Shown one piece after another: positions 1 through 9,857 of a stretch of 64,000 nt of DNA. This stretch comes from Planctomycetales bacterium (GTDB lineage Bacteria > Planctomycetota > Planctomycetia > Pirellulales > S012-138). The notes under the pieces were generated by a model, which was not told the origin of the DNA, made no database searches, and worked only from the letters and a program-made list of their open reading frames with translations. A program made the translations under genes and the position numbers. The stretch covers positions 5,646 through 69,645 of the forward strand of contig WFOE01000088.1 in assembly GCA_015488215.1 (NCBI GenBank). Direction: 5' to 3'. Each line of letters opens with the position of its first letter. The stretch's first letter is position 1.

Positions 1-363
1 CACCGTCATGCTCGCGATCAATGGATTCGTGCAGCACAGTCGATCCCATTGAACATTGCCGAAGGCAACGGGAAACGAAGTCTCAAGGATCGAAACCGTT
101 CTTTCGACATTGCTCGTAGCTCGGCGCTGGAATGTGCCGCTATTCAAGATGTTCTTGCTGCGACCGATGGAATCGATGACGACTCCCATGTAAAGCTGAA
201 GCGTATGCTCAAACGGATCGTGTCGATGATGACGCGCTTGATCGCACGAGGCGACGTGTCGCAAGGGAACCCTGCAGAGGACAAGCAGGGTATCGAGTAC
301 GAGTACGAGTACCGCGGTGCTGAGTACGAGTACGAGTCACACAATACGAACCAGGACGTTTAG
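1..363 (+). CDS. four-helix-bundle protein (23S rRNA intervening-sequence protein family), 5' end cut by window edge
   Basis: Frame 1 is open from base 1 (HRHARDQWIRAAQSIPLNIAEGNGKRS...). The IPLNIAEGNG core and short helical layout are typical of this family. Stop TAG at 361-363. The C-terminus is a low-complexity EYEYEY..EYEYE tail. Confidence 0.8.
   Translation, partial: HRHARDQWIRAAQSIPLNIAEGNGKRSLKDRNRSFDIARSSALECAAIQDVLAATDGIDDDSHVKLKRMLKRIVSMMTRLIARGDVSQGNPAEDKQGIEYEYEYRGAEYEYESHNTNQDV
295..338. repeat. in-frame hexamer microsatellite (GAGTAC)x3 - 9 nt - (GAGTAC)x2 + GAGTC
   Basis: Read directly: gagtacgagtacgagtac cgcggtgct gagtacgagtacgagtc. It encodes the EYEYEY-RGA-EYEYE tail of the four-helix-bundle protein. 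Confidence 0.9.
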
Positions 364-428
364 CGACCAGACAAAAAGGCATCCCAACCCCCGAACAAAG
401 CCGCCTTTTCGTTCAAGGAGTTCAAGCG

Positions 429-1925
429 ATGACCACGCGATGCACGGGCAGTGGCCCGGTTCCGCTTTCCCGGCGCGAGCTGCTCTGGCAACTGGGCGGA
501 GGCCTGGGCGGCGTGGCCCTGGCGGCCATGCTTGCTGAAGAAGGACTGCTGGCCGAGCCGGGACCCGGGGCGGCGGGCGCTCCCCGCGGCTTGCACCATC
601 GGCCCAAGGCCAAACGGGTGGTGCAGCTTTTCATGTCCGGCGGAGCCAGCCAGTGCGACCTGTTCGACTACAAGCCACGGCTGGTGCGCGATCACGGCAA
701 GCCCTGGGACGTGGGCGAAAAGGTCGAGCTGTTCCAGTCCACGCCCGGGCACACGATGGCCGCTCCCTGGCCCTGGCGGCAGTATGGCCAGTCGGGCAAG
801 TGGCTCAACGAGTGCGTGGCCCCGTTGGGCCGCGTGGTGGACCACATCGCATTCATTCACAACATGGTTTCCAAGTCGAACGTGCACGGTCCGGCCACGT
901 TTCTGCAGAGCACCGGGTTCGTGCTGCCCGGGTTCCCCTCGATGGGAGCCTGGATTAGCTACGCCCTGGGCAGCGAAAACCAGAACCTGCCCACGTTCGT
1001 GGTGCTGCCGGACCCGCGGGGATTTGCTCCTAACGGGCCGAAGAACTGGGGGGCAGGCTTCCTGCCCGCCGAGCACCAGGGAACGATGATCCGCCCCAGT
1101 TCCCCCGAGCCGATTACCGACCTGTTTCCGCCCAAGGGGAGCTTCGCCACGCGGCAGGCGGACCGGGCCACGCTTTCGGCCCTGGAACGGCTCAACCGAC
1201 GCTACCTGCAGGGACGCGAAGAAGATTCCCGGCTGGAAGCCCGCATCCGCTCCTACGAGCTGGCGGCCAAAATGCAGTTGGCCGCTCCCGATGTGCTGGA
1301 TATCTCCGATGAACCGCGACACATCCTGGAACTCTACGGCGTGGAAGCCCCCAATACCCACTGGGACGGACCGATGAACGAAGGGGAGGAGACGCGCTAC
1401 TTCGGGCTCAACTGCCTGATTGCCCGGCGGCTGCTGGAACGCGGCGTGCGGTTCATCCAGATCTGGTCCGGGGCCGACAACGGCTTCCCTCGCCGCAACT
1501 GGGACTCCCACGAGGACATCCGCCGCGACCACTGGCCACTGGCCCGGGGGATGGCCCGAGGGGCCGCTGCGCTGATCCTGGACCTGCACCGCCGCGGGCT
1601 GCTGGACGAGACAATCATCTTCTGGACCACCGAGTTCGGCCGCATGCCCTGTAGCCAGGGGAGCAAGGGGCGGGACCACAACCCCAGCGTGTTCACCAAC
1701 TGGCTGGCCGGCGGAGGGATCCGCGGCGGGGTCACCTACGGGCCTTCAGACGAATGGTCTTTCAAACCGGCCGATCCGGACCATCCCACCTGGGGCTACG
1801 ACGTGCATGCCACGGTGCTGCACCTGCTGGGAATCGACCACACGCGGCTAACCGTCCGGCACAACGGCGTGGACCGGCGGCTGACCGACGTGCACGGACA
1901 CGTCATCCGCGAGATTCTGGCCTGA
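429..1925 (+). CDS. DUF1501 domain-containing protein (sulfatase-fold, Tat-signal)
   Basis: 498-aa ORF. The N-terminus SRRELLWQLGGGLGGVALAAML is twin-arginine-like. The C-terminal GRDHNP...HDVHATVLHLLGIDH pattern is typical of planctomycetal DUF1501 proteins. Confidence 0.9.
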   Translation: MTTRCTGSGPVPLSRRELLWQLGGGLGGVALAAMLAEEGLLAEPGPGAAGAPRGLHHRPKAKRVVQLFMSGGASQCDLFDYKPRLVRDHGKPWDVGEKVELFQSTPGHTMAAPWPWRQYGQSGKWLNECVAPLGRVVDHIAFIHNMVSKSNVHGPATFLQSTGFVLPGFPSMGAWISYALGSENQNLPTFVVLPDPRGFAPNGPKNWGAGFLPAEHQGTMIRPSSPEPITDLFPPKGSFATRQADRATLSALERLNRRYLQGREEDSRLEARIRSYELAAKMQLAAPDVLDISDEPRHILELYGVEAPNTHWDGPMNEGEETRYFGLNCLIARRLLERGVRFIQIWSGADNGFPRRNWDSHEDIRRDHWPLARGMARGAAALILDLHRRGLLDETIIFWTTEFGRMPCSQGSKGRDHNPSVFTNWLAGGGIRGGVTYGPSDEWSFKPADPDHPTWGYDVHATVLHLLGIDHTRLTVRHNGVDRRLTDVHGHVIREILA

Positions 1926-1982
1926 GCCGCCTGGCTGTCCGCCAGAAACACGCAACAATTCTCCAACTTCTCCGCAACGGCG

Positions 1983-2304
1983 CCCCGGGAACTAGCTCCC
2001 GGAGAAATACGACCTACAAGCACCCAAACGCGGAGTGGCCTCACAAACGTCGCTTTGTCCGGCTCTCCCCGGACCGGAGTCCGGGGAGAGCCGAAAGCCG
2101 GCATGAAAATGCAGGTGCAAGCCCTCCACACCGGGGCGAGCATCGGCTTGCGCCATGCGCGGGAGCCTCCGCTCCAGCGGAAGAATGAGCGCTCATTCTC
2201 GCAATCCAGGAGCCGCCCACTTTAGTCGGCGGAGGACGGCACAGCCGCCGGCGACTGGGTACTTCCGCTCGAGGAGGGCTTGTGTCTTGTGCGGGGGCTT
2301 CCGC
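1983..2304. repeat. degenerate copy of the mosaic hairpin-repeat family (site R1)
   Basis: Contains ccccgggaactagctcccgg, a perfect 14-bp-stem palindrome ggctctccccggac-cgga-gtccggggagagcc (2061-2092), and gccgcccactttagtcggcggaggacggcacagccgccggcgactgggtacttccgc. The last block matches 52925-52985 and the reverse complement of 49975-50036. Confidence 0.75.
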
Positions 2305-2546
2305 ATGGGTACAAAAAGCAGCGTAGCTTTTCCTACTCGACGATTCGCCGATTGCATGCATTGCTTGCACGGGCTGGGGTATCAGGCACAATAGTAGGGA
2401 ACGCCGAACAGGTTTTTCCCGCCTGCGGAAACTCCCGCCTGCTGGCGGCTTCCGGCCGAGCCGCGTCTGGAGGGCCTTCTGTGGTGCCGCCGACCAGGCG
2501 TGGCAGTTATGCCTGCCGTCCCCCTGGAACGAGGACCCCGACCGTG

Positions 2547-3848
2547 ATGCTTGCTGCGCTCCCGACGAAGCGGAAGCTGAGTTTGCTGGTGTTCGGGCTG
2601 TTGCTTGCCGCCGTGCCGGCCCGGGCGGAAAACTGGCCGCAGTGGCGTGGGCCGCGCGGCAACGGCACCAGTAACGAGACGAACCTGCCGACCCGCTTCG
2701 GTCCCCGGCAAAATGTGCTCTGGCGGTTGCCCTTGCCCGGCCCGGCCGGGGCGACGCCGGTGGTATGGGAGGACCGCATCTTCCTGACCTCGGTGGGTGC
2801 CGACGGCGTCTCACTGGTGCTGCTGTGCGTTTCCACCGACGGCAAGCTGCTCTGGCAGCGGACCGTCAGCACCGGCAATCGCAACGTCCGGCGCGACGAG
2901 GGCAACAGCGCCTCGCCCAGTCCGGTGACCGACGGGCAATACGTTTGGGCCACAATGGGCACCGGCCACATGGCCTGTTTCGATTTCCAGGGGCGGGAAA
3001 TCTGGCGGCTGGATTTGAACAAGGAGTTCGGTCCCATCGAGCTTCAGTTCGGCTACACGTCCACGCCGGTGCTTTACAAGGACCGGCTATACGTGCAACT
3101 AATCCACGGCGAGGGGAACCCTCAGACCCAGGAATCCCGCATCATCGCCTTGGACAAGCGGACCGGGCAGCCGGTCTGGATTCATACGCGGCGAAGCGAT
3201 GCCCGAGCCGAATGCGAACACTCCTACGCTTCGCCGATTCTTTATCGGGACGCGAAGCGCGAATATCTGGTGGCTCACGGGGCCGATTACGTAACGGCCC
3301 ACCGGCTCTCCGACGGGCAGGAGCTGTGGCGGTGCGGCAGCTTGAATGGAACTCCGCGGTATAATCCCACGCTCCGGCTGGTCGCTTCGCCGGTGGCCGT
3401 GCCGGGCCTGATTGTGGTTCCTTCGGCCAAAAACGGGCCGGTGCTGGGGCTGGACCCGGGCGGCCGGGGCGACATCACCGGCACGCGTTACGTCCGCTGG
3501 CGGTTGAACCGGAACACGCCCGATGTGCCTTCGCCGGTCATCCACCAAGGACTGGTTTATCTGTGCCGCGAAAACGGCAACCTGCTCTGCCTGGACGCCA
3601 AGACGGGCCAGGTGCTCTACCAGCGGCGCACGCACCGGCAGCGGCATCGCGCTTCGCCCGTGGTGGCCGACGGCAAACTGTATCTGACCGCCCGCGACGG
3701 CGTAATCACCGTGGTGGCCCTGGGCCGGCAGTTCCAACTGCTGGCGCAAAACCGCATGGAGGAGGACATCTCCTCCAGCCCGGCCATCTCCGGTGGGCGG
3801 ATCTACCTGCGCACGTTCAAGGCGTTGTACGCGATCGGGTCCAAGTAA
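2547..3848 (+). CDS. PQQ-like / BamB-like beta-propeller repeat protein, secreted
   Basis: The track ORF is 2280..3848, but its first 267 nt run through repeat DNA. ATG 2547 gives a signal peptide MLAALPTKRKLSLLVFGLLLAAVPARA followed by ENWPQWRGPRGNG, the usual N-terminus of this family. Confidence 0.85.
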   Translation: MLAALPTKRKLSLLVFGLLLAAVPARAENWPQWRGPRGNGTSNETNLPTRFGPRQNVLWRLPLPGPAGATPVVWEDRIFLTSVGADGVSLVLLCVSTDGKLLWQRTVSTGNRNVRRDEGNSASPSPVTDGQYVWATMGTGHMACFDFQGREIWRLDLNKEFGPIELQFGYTSTPVLYKDRLYVQLIHGEGNPQTQESRIIALDKRTGQPVWIHTRRSDARAECEHSYASPILYRDAKREYLVAHGADYVTAHRLSDGQELWRCGSLNGTPRYNPTLRLVASPVAVPGLIVVPSAKNGPVLGLDPGGRGDITGTRYVRWRLNRNTPDVPSPVIHQGLVYLCRENGNLLCLDAKTGQVLYQRRTHRQRHRASPVVADGKLYLTARDGVITVVALGRQFQLLAQNRMEEDISSSPAISGGRIYLRTFKALYAIGSK

Positions 3849-3879
3849 AGCGTCCGGACAGCAGACGGAGGCCCCCGGC

Positions 3880-4938
3880 GTGCCGGAACCCGGTTGCGAC
3901 CTGTCGTTGTACGACTACCACCTGCCTAAAGAGCTGGTGGCTCAACAACCGCTGCCCAACCGCAGCGACGCCCGGCTGCTGGTCCTTTCACGGCGGAGCG
4001 GTTCCCTGGAGCATCGCCACGTGCGCGACCTGCCCGAGCTGCTCCGCCCCGGCGACTGCCTGGTGCTGAACAACACCAAGGTCATCCCCGCCCGGCTGGT
4101 CGGCTACCGCGAACGCACCGGGGGGTTCTGGGAAGGGCTTTTTCTGGAACAGGACCCGCATGGACTCTGGCGGCTAATGTGCCGCACTCGCGGAAAACTT
4201 ACCCCGGGCGAACAAGTGGTGTTGCGAGATCGCCAGGGCCAGGAATGGCTCCGCCTGGAACTGGTCTGCCGCCTGGACGACGGCACCTGGGTAGCCCGAC
4301 CCGACCGCGACGAACCGGCCTTGAGGCTGCTGGAACAGGTGGGCCGCGTGCCGCTGCCGCCTTACATCCGCCGCGGGCAGATGCTTCCCAGCGACGTGGA
4401 ACGCTACCAGACCGTGTATGCCCAACAGGCCGGATCGGTAGCCGCTCCCACGGCCGGATTGCACTTTACGCGGCAACTGCTCGACCAGTTGCAGCAGCAA
4501 GGCGTAGGCATCCACTACGTGACGCTGCACGTGGGCCCAGGCACGTTCCGGCCGATTAAAACCCGGGACATCCGCCAGCACACGATGCACGCCGAATGGG
4601 GGCAGATTACCCCGGAGGTGGTCCGCGCCCTGCAACAAGCCCGAGCCGCCGGGGGCCGCGTGGTGGCCGTGGGCACCACCAGCGTGCGAGTGCTGGAGAC
4701 GGCCGCCCTTGAGGGCACGCTCCAGCCCTGGGAAGGCTGGACGCGGCTTTACATCTACCCGGGGTTCGAGTTCCGTGCGATCGATGCCCTGATGACCAAC
4801 TTTCACCTGCCGCGAAGCTCGCTGCTGGTGCTGGTCAGCGCCTTTGCCGGTCGGGAACGGGTACTGGCCGCCTATGAAGAAGCGGTCCGGGAACAGTACC
4901 GCTTCTACAGCTACGGCGACGCAATGCTTATCCTGTAG
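3880..4938 (+). CDS. queA: S-adenosylmethionine:tRNA ribosyltransferase-isomerase
   Basis: LSLYDYHLPKELVAQQPLPNRSDARLLVL at the N-terminus and TNFHLPRSSLLVLVSAFAG near the C-terminus are QueA hallmarks. Start set to in-frame GTG 3880, just after the upstream stop (ATG 3793 would overlap the PQQ gene). Confidence 0.9.
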   Translation: MPEPGCDLSLYDYHLPKELVAQQPLPNRSDARLLVLSRRSGSLEHRHVRDLPELLRPGDCLVLNNTKVIPARLVGYRERTGGFWEGLFLEQDPHGLWRLMCRTRGKLTPGEQVVLRDRQGQEWLRLELVCRLDDGTWVARPDRDEPALRLLEQVGRVPLPPYIRRGQMLPSDVERYQTVYAQQAGSVAAPTAGLHFTRQLLDQLQQQGVGIHYVTLHVGPGTFRPIKTRDIRQHTMHAEWGQITPEVVRALQQARAAGGRVVAVGTTSVRVLETAALEGTLQPWEGWTRLYIYPGFEFRAIDALMTNFHLPRSSLLVLVSAFAGRERVLAAYEEAVREQYRFYSYGDAMLIL

Positions 4939-4965
4939 CCGCCGGAGGTAGCCGGAGGGGCGCCA

Positions 4966-5940
4966 CTACGGCGTTTCCCCCGAGGTCGGCCGCCTTGTCC
5001 ACCAGCCGGCGCAATCGACGTTTCCGCCGCTGAGGATCACACCCACGCGCTGGCCTTGGACGGGAACTTTCCCCTCCAGCAACGCCGCCACCGGCACGGC
5101 CGCCGAAGGTTCCACCACCACCTTCAGCCGCGACCAAACCCAGCAGGTGGCCTCCGCGATGGCTTGTTCGCCGACGGTGACAATCGGCACACGGTGCCGG
5201 GCAAGCAGCGAAAAAGCAACCCGGCCCAGAGCGGTTCGCAGCCCGTCGGCAATCGTGGGCGGGTAAGAGCTGGGAAGCCGCTTGCCCTGCTGGAGCGAAC
5301 GCCTGGCGTCGTCGGCCAGGGCCGGCTCCACACCCCAGAGCGGCTCCGTCTTGCCGCAAAGATGTTGCAAGGCTAGCAGCGTGCCACTGGCCAGTCCACC
5401 ACCTCCCACGGGCACCAGCACCCGATCCAGTGGGCCGGCCTGTGCCCAAAGCTCCAGCATGGCCGTGCCCTGGCCGGCCACCACTTGGGGGTGATCGTAG
5501 GGATGGATGAGCGTGGCTGCGGTCTGGGCCGCCAGTTGGTCGGCGGCGGCCTCGCGGGCGGCCAGCGTGTCGTCGCACGGGATCACTCGGGCCCCGTAGC
5601 TTTGCACCGCCTGGCGTTTTGCGGCCGGGGCGGACCGGGGCATGACGATCGTACAAGGAATACCGATTTCCCGGGCGGCCAGGGCCAGCGCCTGGGCATG
5701 GTTGCCTGAGGAATGAGTCAACACCCCGGCACGGCGCTGCTCAGGAGAAAGCTGCAGCAGCGCGTTGGTTGCCCCGCGGAACTTGAACGAACCGGTTCGC
5801 TGGAAACTTTCGCATTTGAAGAACACCTCGGCTTGCAACTGCCGGTCGAGTGTGCGGGAACGCACTACCGGCGTTTGGTGCACCCGGCCGCGCAAACGCT
5901 CCGCGGCACGCAGAACATCTTCGACAGTAGGCAGTTGCAT
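4966..5940 (-). CDS. PLP-dependent threonine/serine ammonia-lyase family protein (serine racemase / hydroxyaspartate dehydratase-like)
   Basis: SFKFRGA (PLP lysine), HSSGNHAQA and VPVGGGGL motifs. Start moved to MQLPTVEDV (ATG on minus strand at 5940) from the track start at 6054. Confidence 0.88.
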   Translation of the reverse strand: MQLPTVEDVLRAAERLRGRVHQTPVVRSRTLDRQLQAEVFFKCESFQRTGSFKFRGATNALLQLSPEQRRAGVLTHSSGNHAQALALAAREIGIPCTIVMPRSAPAAKRQAVQSYGARVIPCDDTLAAREAAADQLAAQTAATLIHPYDHPQVVAGQGTAMLELWAQAGPLDRVLVPVGGGGLASGTLLALQHLCGKTEPLWGVEPALADDARRSLQQGKRLPSSYPPTIADGLRTALGRVAFSLLARHRVPIVTVGEQAIAEATCWVWSRLKVVVEPSAAVPVAALLEGKVPVQGQRVGVILSGGNVDCAGWWTRRPTSGETP

Positions 5941-6200
5941 GAATTCCGTGTCCGTTTCAGCGCCAATCGAGCAGAGAAAACCCGCAAAGGACGTTGGCAA
6001 ATTCGGAACCGGAACCCGTCGAAAACCGGCCCGTTTTCGCCGAAAACGCCACACGGTTGCGGTTTTTGTGCAACATTATAGTGCAGACCCCGGAGCGTAT
6101 CCGGCCGGCGTTTTTTCATGGAATCAGGACTTTTTCATCACGTGAGCTCCCATCGCGCCACGGATCCCCTAGTCTGGCTGCACACCGAGGGAAAGGAACC

Positions 6201-6617
6201 ATGCTACGAGTCCAGGACGTAATGACCACCCGGTTGATTACCATCCGGCACGATCAGAAGATGCAGGATGCGTTGGACCTGATGCACTCGCACCGCATCA
6301 GCAGCCTGCCGGTGCTCAATTACGAAGACCAGCTCGTGGGCCTGATTACCGAATACTCGATTCTGGAACTGCTCTACGATCCCCAGGTGGCCGAACTCTC
6401 CGTGGGCATTTGCATGAGCAAGGACCCGATTACTGTTTCGCCGGATACGCTGGTCAGCGACGTGGTGGGCAAGATGGCCCTGCACCGCATCCGCCAGGTG
6501 TTGGTGCTGGATAAGCAGCAACGTCTGGTGGGCCTGGTGAGTCTGCGCGATTTGGTGCATACGGCCTACCAGGTGCGGTTGGACGAACTCAAAGCGGCCG
6601 TGGCCCCGATCAGTTGA
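6201..6617 (+). CDS. CBS domain pair protein
   Basis: 138 aa from ATG 6201 (preceded by gaaagga). Two CBS-like units: VMTTRLITIR...HRISSLPVL and MSKDPITVSP...HRIRQVLVLD. Confidence 0.8.
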   Translation: MLRVQDVMTTRLITIRHDQKMQDALDLMHSHRISSLPVLNYEDQLVGLITEYSILELLYDPQVAELSVGICMSKDPITVSPDTLVSDVVGKMALHRIRQVLVLDKQQRLVGLVSLRDLVHTAYQVRLDELKAAVAPIS

Positions 6618-6684
6618 GTCGGCAGGAATTCGCTATTAAGCCGCTCCGAAAACCTTTCCCGCGGCGAGCTGCCACCAAGGGTTG

Positions 6685-7923
6685 TTAGCGGCGCAGGCGC
6701 GGGTCCATCGCGTCCCGCAGGCCGTTGCCCACTAGGTTGAATAGCGTGACGGTGAAGAACACGGCCAGCGACGGAAAGACGATTAGCCACCAGTATTCGT
6801 AATTGCCGTGGGCTTCGCGGAGCAAAGCGCCCCAACTGGGAGCAGGCGGCCGCACGCCGAAGCCCAGCAGGCTCAAGCCCGCTTCGACGATAATCGCGCT
6901 GGCAATACCGAACGGGGCGGCCACCAGCGCCGGCGAGAGGGCGTTGGGCAGCACGTGGCGAAACAGCACACGGGTGTGCCCGGCCCCTTGCGACAGCGCG
7001 GCCAGCACGTATTCCATGTTGCGCTGCTTGAGCACTTCGCCGCGGATTAGCCGGGCGATGGTGGGCCAGCCGGTAATCCCGATTACCACCATGATGATGT
7101 AGATGCTCTGCCCCAGGAATCCGACCAGGGTAAGAATGAGGAAAAACGCCGGGAACACGAGCATCACCTCGATCAGCCGCGAGATGAGCATATCCACCTT
7201 GCCGCCGAAGTAGCCGGCCAGAGCCCCCACCACCACGCCGATGGTCAAATACAGTCCCACGGCCACAAACCCCACCGTGGTGGCCAGACGCGTGCCGTAA
7301 ATCAACCGTACCAGCACGTCGCGGCCGCCGCCGTCGGTGCCCAGCAGATGAGGGAAGTAGTCGTTGGCCCGGGTCCACTCCGTCGGCGGTTTCTTGTACA
7401 TCGGGGGCCGGTAAAACGATTTGTCGTCAATGGTAATCGGCCCGAATGGGATCGGTGCGTACACGCCCCAGCGTTGCGGGTCCCGAAACTCCTCGCTGAC
7501 GAACTGCCGCTCGAAATACAAGTTGGCCGGCCGAAGCGGCGTCCAGGCAAACAGCACCACGGCCGCAAATGTCAGAGCCGCGTAAAGCCCCAGGATGCGC
7601 AGCAGCCGCCGCGGTCGGTTCATCCCCTGGCGGCGCCACCGGCGGTTCAGCCACCAGGCCGCCCCCGCCCAGGGCAGAAACACCACCAGGGCCATGTTGT
7701 AGAAAAAGTCCGAAGGCTCTTCGGTGTGGAACAGGTCGCGGAACCACGGAAACAGCCACTGGCCGTGGTCGTAGTACACAAAAGGTCGGTCCGAAGCCAG
7801 CACGGGCGCAAAGATGCTGACCAGAAACAGCGGCCACAAGGCCCACATGGCCCAGTAAGCGGCGCGGTTCTTGCGGAACTGCCGCCAGACGATTGACCAG
7901 TAAGTGTCCCGAGGGTTGCTCAT
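6685..7923 (-). CDS. ABC transporter permease, OppC/DppC-like, with extended N-terminal region
   Basis: HLLGTDGGGRDVLVRLIYGTR and the EAA-like loop AALSQGAGHTRVLFRHVLPNAL. 412 aa, against about 300 as I recall for the family. Start overlaps the upstream permease stop by 4 nt (ATGA). Confidence 0.9.
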   Translation of the reverse strand: MSNPRDTYWSIVWRQFRKNRAAYWAMWALWPLFLVSIFAPVLASDRPFVYYDHGQWLFPWFRDLFHTEEPSDFFYNMALVVFLPWAGAAWWLNRRWRRQGMNRPRRLLRILGLYAALTFAAVVLFAWTPLRPANLYFERQFVSEEFRDPQRWGVYAPIPFGPITIDDKSFYRPPMYKKPPTEWTRANDYFPHLLGTDGGGRDVLVRLIYGTRLATTVGFVAVGLYLTIGVVVGALAGYFGGKVDMLISRLIEVMLVFPAFFLILTLVGFLGQSIYIIMVVIGITGWPTIARLIRGEVLKQRNMEYVLAALSQGAGHTRVLFRHVLPNALSPALVAAPFGIASAIIVEAGLSLLGFGVRPPAPSWGALLREAHGNYEYWWLIVFPSLAVFFTVTLFNLVGNGLRDAMDPRLRR

Positions 7924-9785
7924 GCGGCTTGCGACCGGCTTTGGAAACTAATCCGCGGATCGACCAACACGTACAGGATGTCGCTCAGCAGGATGCTGAC
8001 CATCACCACGATGGCGTTGATGTACACCAGGGCCATCAGCGTCGGATAGTCCTTGTTTTCAATCGATTCGAAGGTCAAACGCCCCATCCCCGGGATGTTG
8101 AACAGGTATTCAATCAGCACCGAGCCGCCCAGCACGGCCGGAATCGTGTTGGAAAAGAGCGTAATGATTGGGATTAGCGCGTTGCGCAGGGCGTGTTTCA
8201 GGATTACTTTTCGCTGCGAAAGCCCTTTGGCCCGGGCCGTGCGGATGTAGTCCTGACCCAGCACTTCCAACATGCTGGTGCGGCTGTACATGGCCAAGGC
8301 GGCCAGCGAAAAGAGGGTCAAGCACAACGTGGGCAGCACGATGTGCCAGGCGTAGTCGGCCCAGTAGGCCAGCGTGCCCAACTGCTCGGCCCCGTCGGAG
8401 TGGAGCCCTCCGGTGGGGAACCACTTGAAATAGTCGCCGTAACAGAAGAACAACAGTAACAGCATCCCGGCCACGTAAGCCGGAATGGAGTAAAGCACGA
8501 ACAACACAAGCGAAAGCGTCCGGTCCACCCAGGTGTTGTGCTTCACGGCGCAGATGACCCCGACCGGCACGGAAATCAGGTAGATGAGCACTTGGCTCAG
8601 GGCCATCAGCGGGGCCGAAACGACAAAGGCGTTCCAGATTCGCTCGCTGACCGGCTCGCGGGTGCGCAGCGTCGAACGTCCAAAATCGAACGTAAAGAGC
8701 CGATAGACCATGTGGGCGTACTGCGTATCGGTAAACAGGTAAAGCAGCCGCCGTCCCAGGCTCGGCTCGTAACGCTGGCGGTAGAGCTGGTAGTGGAGCC
8801 GCCAGTTTTCGATTACCTGCTGGATTTCTTCCGGAGTGGACTTTTCGTTCACTTCCAGCTTGAGCGGGCGGGGCACGTAGAGTTTCAGAATCAGGGCACA
8901 CAGGGCTTTCTCCTCCAGCGACGTTTCTTCAGACACCAGGCGCTGTACGAAAAAGCCCATTTCGCTTACGTCGAACAAAAACTCCTGTTCCAGCAGATTG
9001 AACCGCGTGTTGTCGTCCGGGGCTTGCAGGAGCTGTTGCAGTTGCCGCTGCAAGACGGCTTTGCGTTCCGGGTCCAGCGGCCCCAGCCGCTTGCGGTTCA
9101 GCTCCCACCAGCGCCGCCAGACGGCTTCCACTCTTGGGGCTTCTTCGGGCCGAGGCGGCCGGGAAAACGTAAACTGGAACGGTTCCACCACCATGTAGCG
9201 CAAAGCTCGCAGCAGTCCCAACCGCTGCCGGGAATCTTTTGCCTGCTCCAGCAACTGCATGGCCACCGGCACGCCGTGGTCGCCCAGGTTTTCGCAAAAC
9301 ACCTGCACGTGGTTGCTCACGGCCCGAGCCAGCGCCGCCAGTCCGGCCCGAACCTGCGGGTCGGAGCGATCCGCTTCCGGTCCGGCGAACTTCTGCCAGC
9401 GAGTGTCGAACTGCGGGATGTCCAGCTTGCGCAAGAAGCGGAGCCGGGCGCGGCTTTCGGCGTCGGAAGCCCGGGCCAACCGGACCAGCTCTTCAGGCAG
9501 TTGTTCTCGCGGAACGCCCAGGAACCAGGCGGCCTGGGCCACCTGGTCGGTCCAGTCCTGGAAGTAGCGCAGGTTCAGAAACAGCGGTTTGTCCAGCTTC
9601 AGATCGCGGCGGCGGACCAGATAGGCTTCGCGGGTTTCGCCCTGTTGGGCCAGGGAGCCTTCCCCGCCGCTTTGCAGCAGCAGGGGATCGCCGGGGGCCA
9701 TCTGCATCACGGCAAACGAAACCAGGGTGACCCCGAACAGCGTGGGCACCATCAACAGCAAACGACGAAGCAGATAACTCCACAC
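7920..9785 (-). CDS. ABC transporter permease, OppB/DppB-like, with ~300-aa insertion after TM1
   Basis: N-terminus MWSYLLRRLLLMVPTLFGVTLVSFAVMQMAPGDP and C-terminal half with ...YIRTARAKGLSQRKVILKHALRNALIPIITL... are classic. 621 aa, against the usual ~310-330. Confidence 0.9.
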   Translation of the reverse strand: MWSYLLRRLLLMVPTLFGVTLVSFAVMQMAPGDPLLLQSGGEGSLAQQGETREAYLVRRRDLKLDKPLFLNLRYFQDWTDQVAQAAWFLGVPREQLPEELVRLARASDAESRARLRFLRKLDIPQFDTRWQKFAGPEADRSDPQVRAGLAALARAVSNHVQVFCENLGDHGVPVAMQLLEQAKDSRQRLGLLRALRYMVVEPFQFTFSRPPRPEEAPRVEAVWRRWWELNRKRLGPLDPERKAVLQRQLQQLLQAPDDNTRFNLLEQEFLFDVSEMGFFVQRLVSEETSLEEKALCALILKLYVPRPLKLEVNEKSTPEEIQQVIENWRLHYQLYRQRYEPSLGRRLLYLFTDTQYAHMVYRLFTFDFGRSTLRTREPVSERIWNAFVVSAPLMALSQVLIYLISVPVGVICAVKHNTWVDRTLSLVLFVLYSIPAYVAGMLLLLFFCYGDYFKWFPTGGLHSDGAEQLGTLAYWADYAWHIVLPTLCLTLFSLAALAMYSRTSMLEVLGQDYIRTARAKGLSQRKVILKHALRNALIPIITLFSNTIPAVLGGSVLIEYLFNIPGMGRLTFESIENKDYPTLMALVYINAIVVMVSILLSDILYVLVDPRISFQSRSQAA

Positions 9786-9857
9786 GGATTGCTCCGGTTC
9801 CTGGCAAAAGAGCTAGGGCGAGCCTGAGCCGCCGCAAGGGACCCGCGCCTGCACGTC

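Noticed and set aside
2280-2546. 5' extension of the PQQ-propeller ORF
   Set aside because: It runs through repeat-family DNA (site R1) and lacks a signal peptide. ATG 2547 gives a canonical signal peptide directly followed by the conserved NWPQWRG start of the family.
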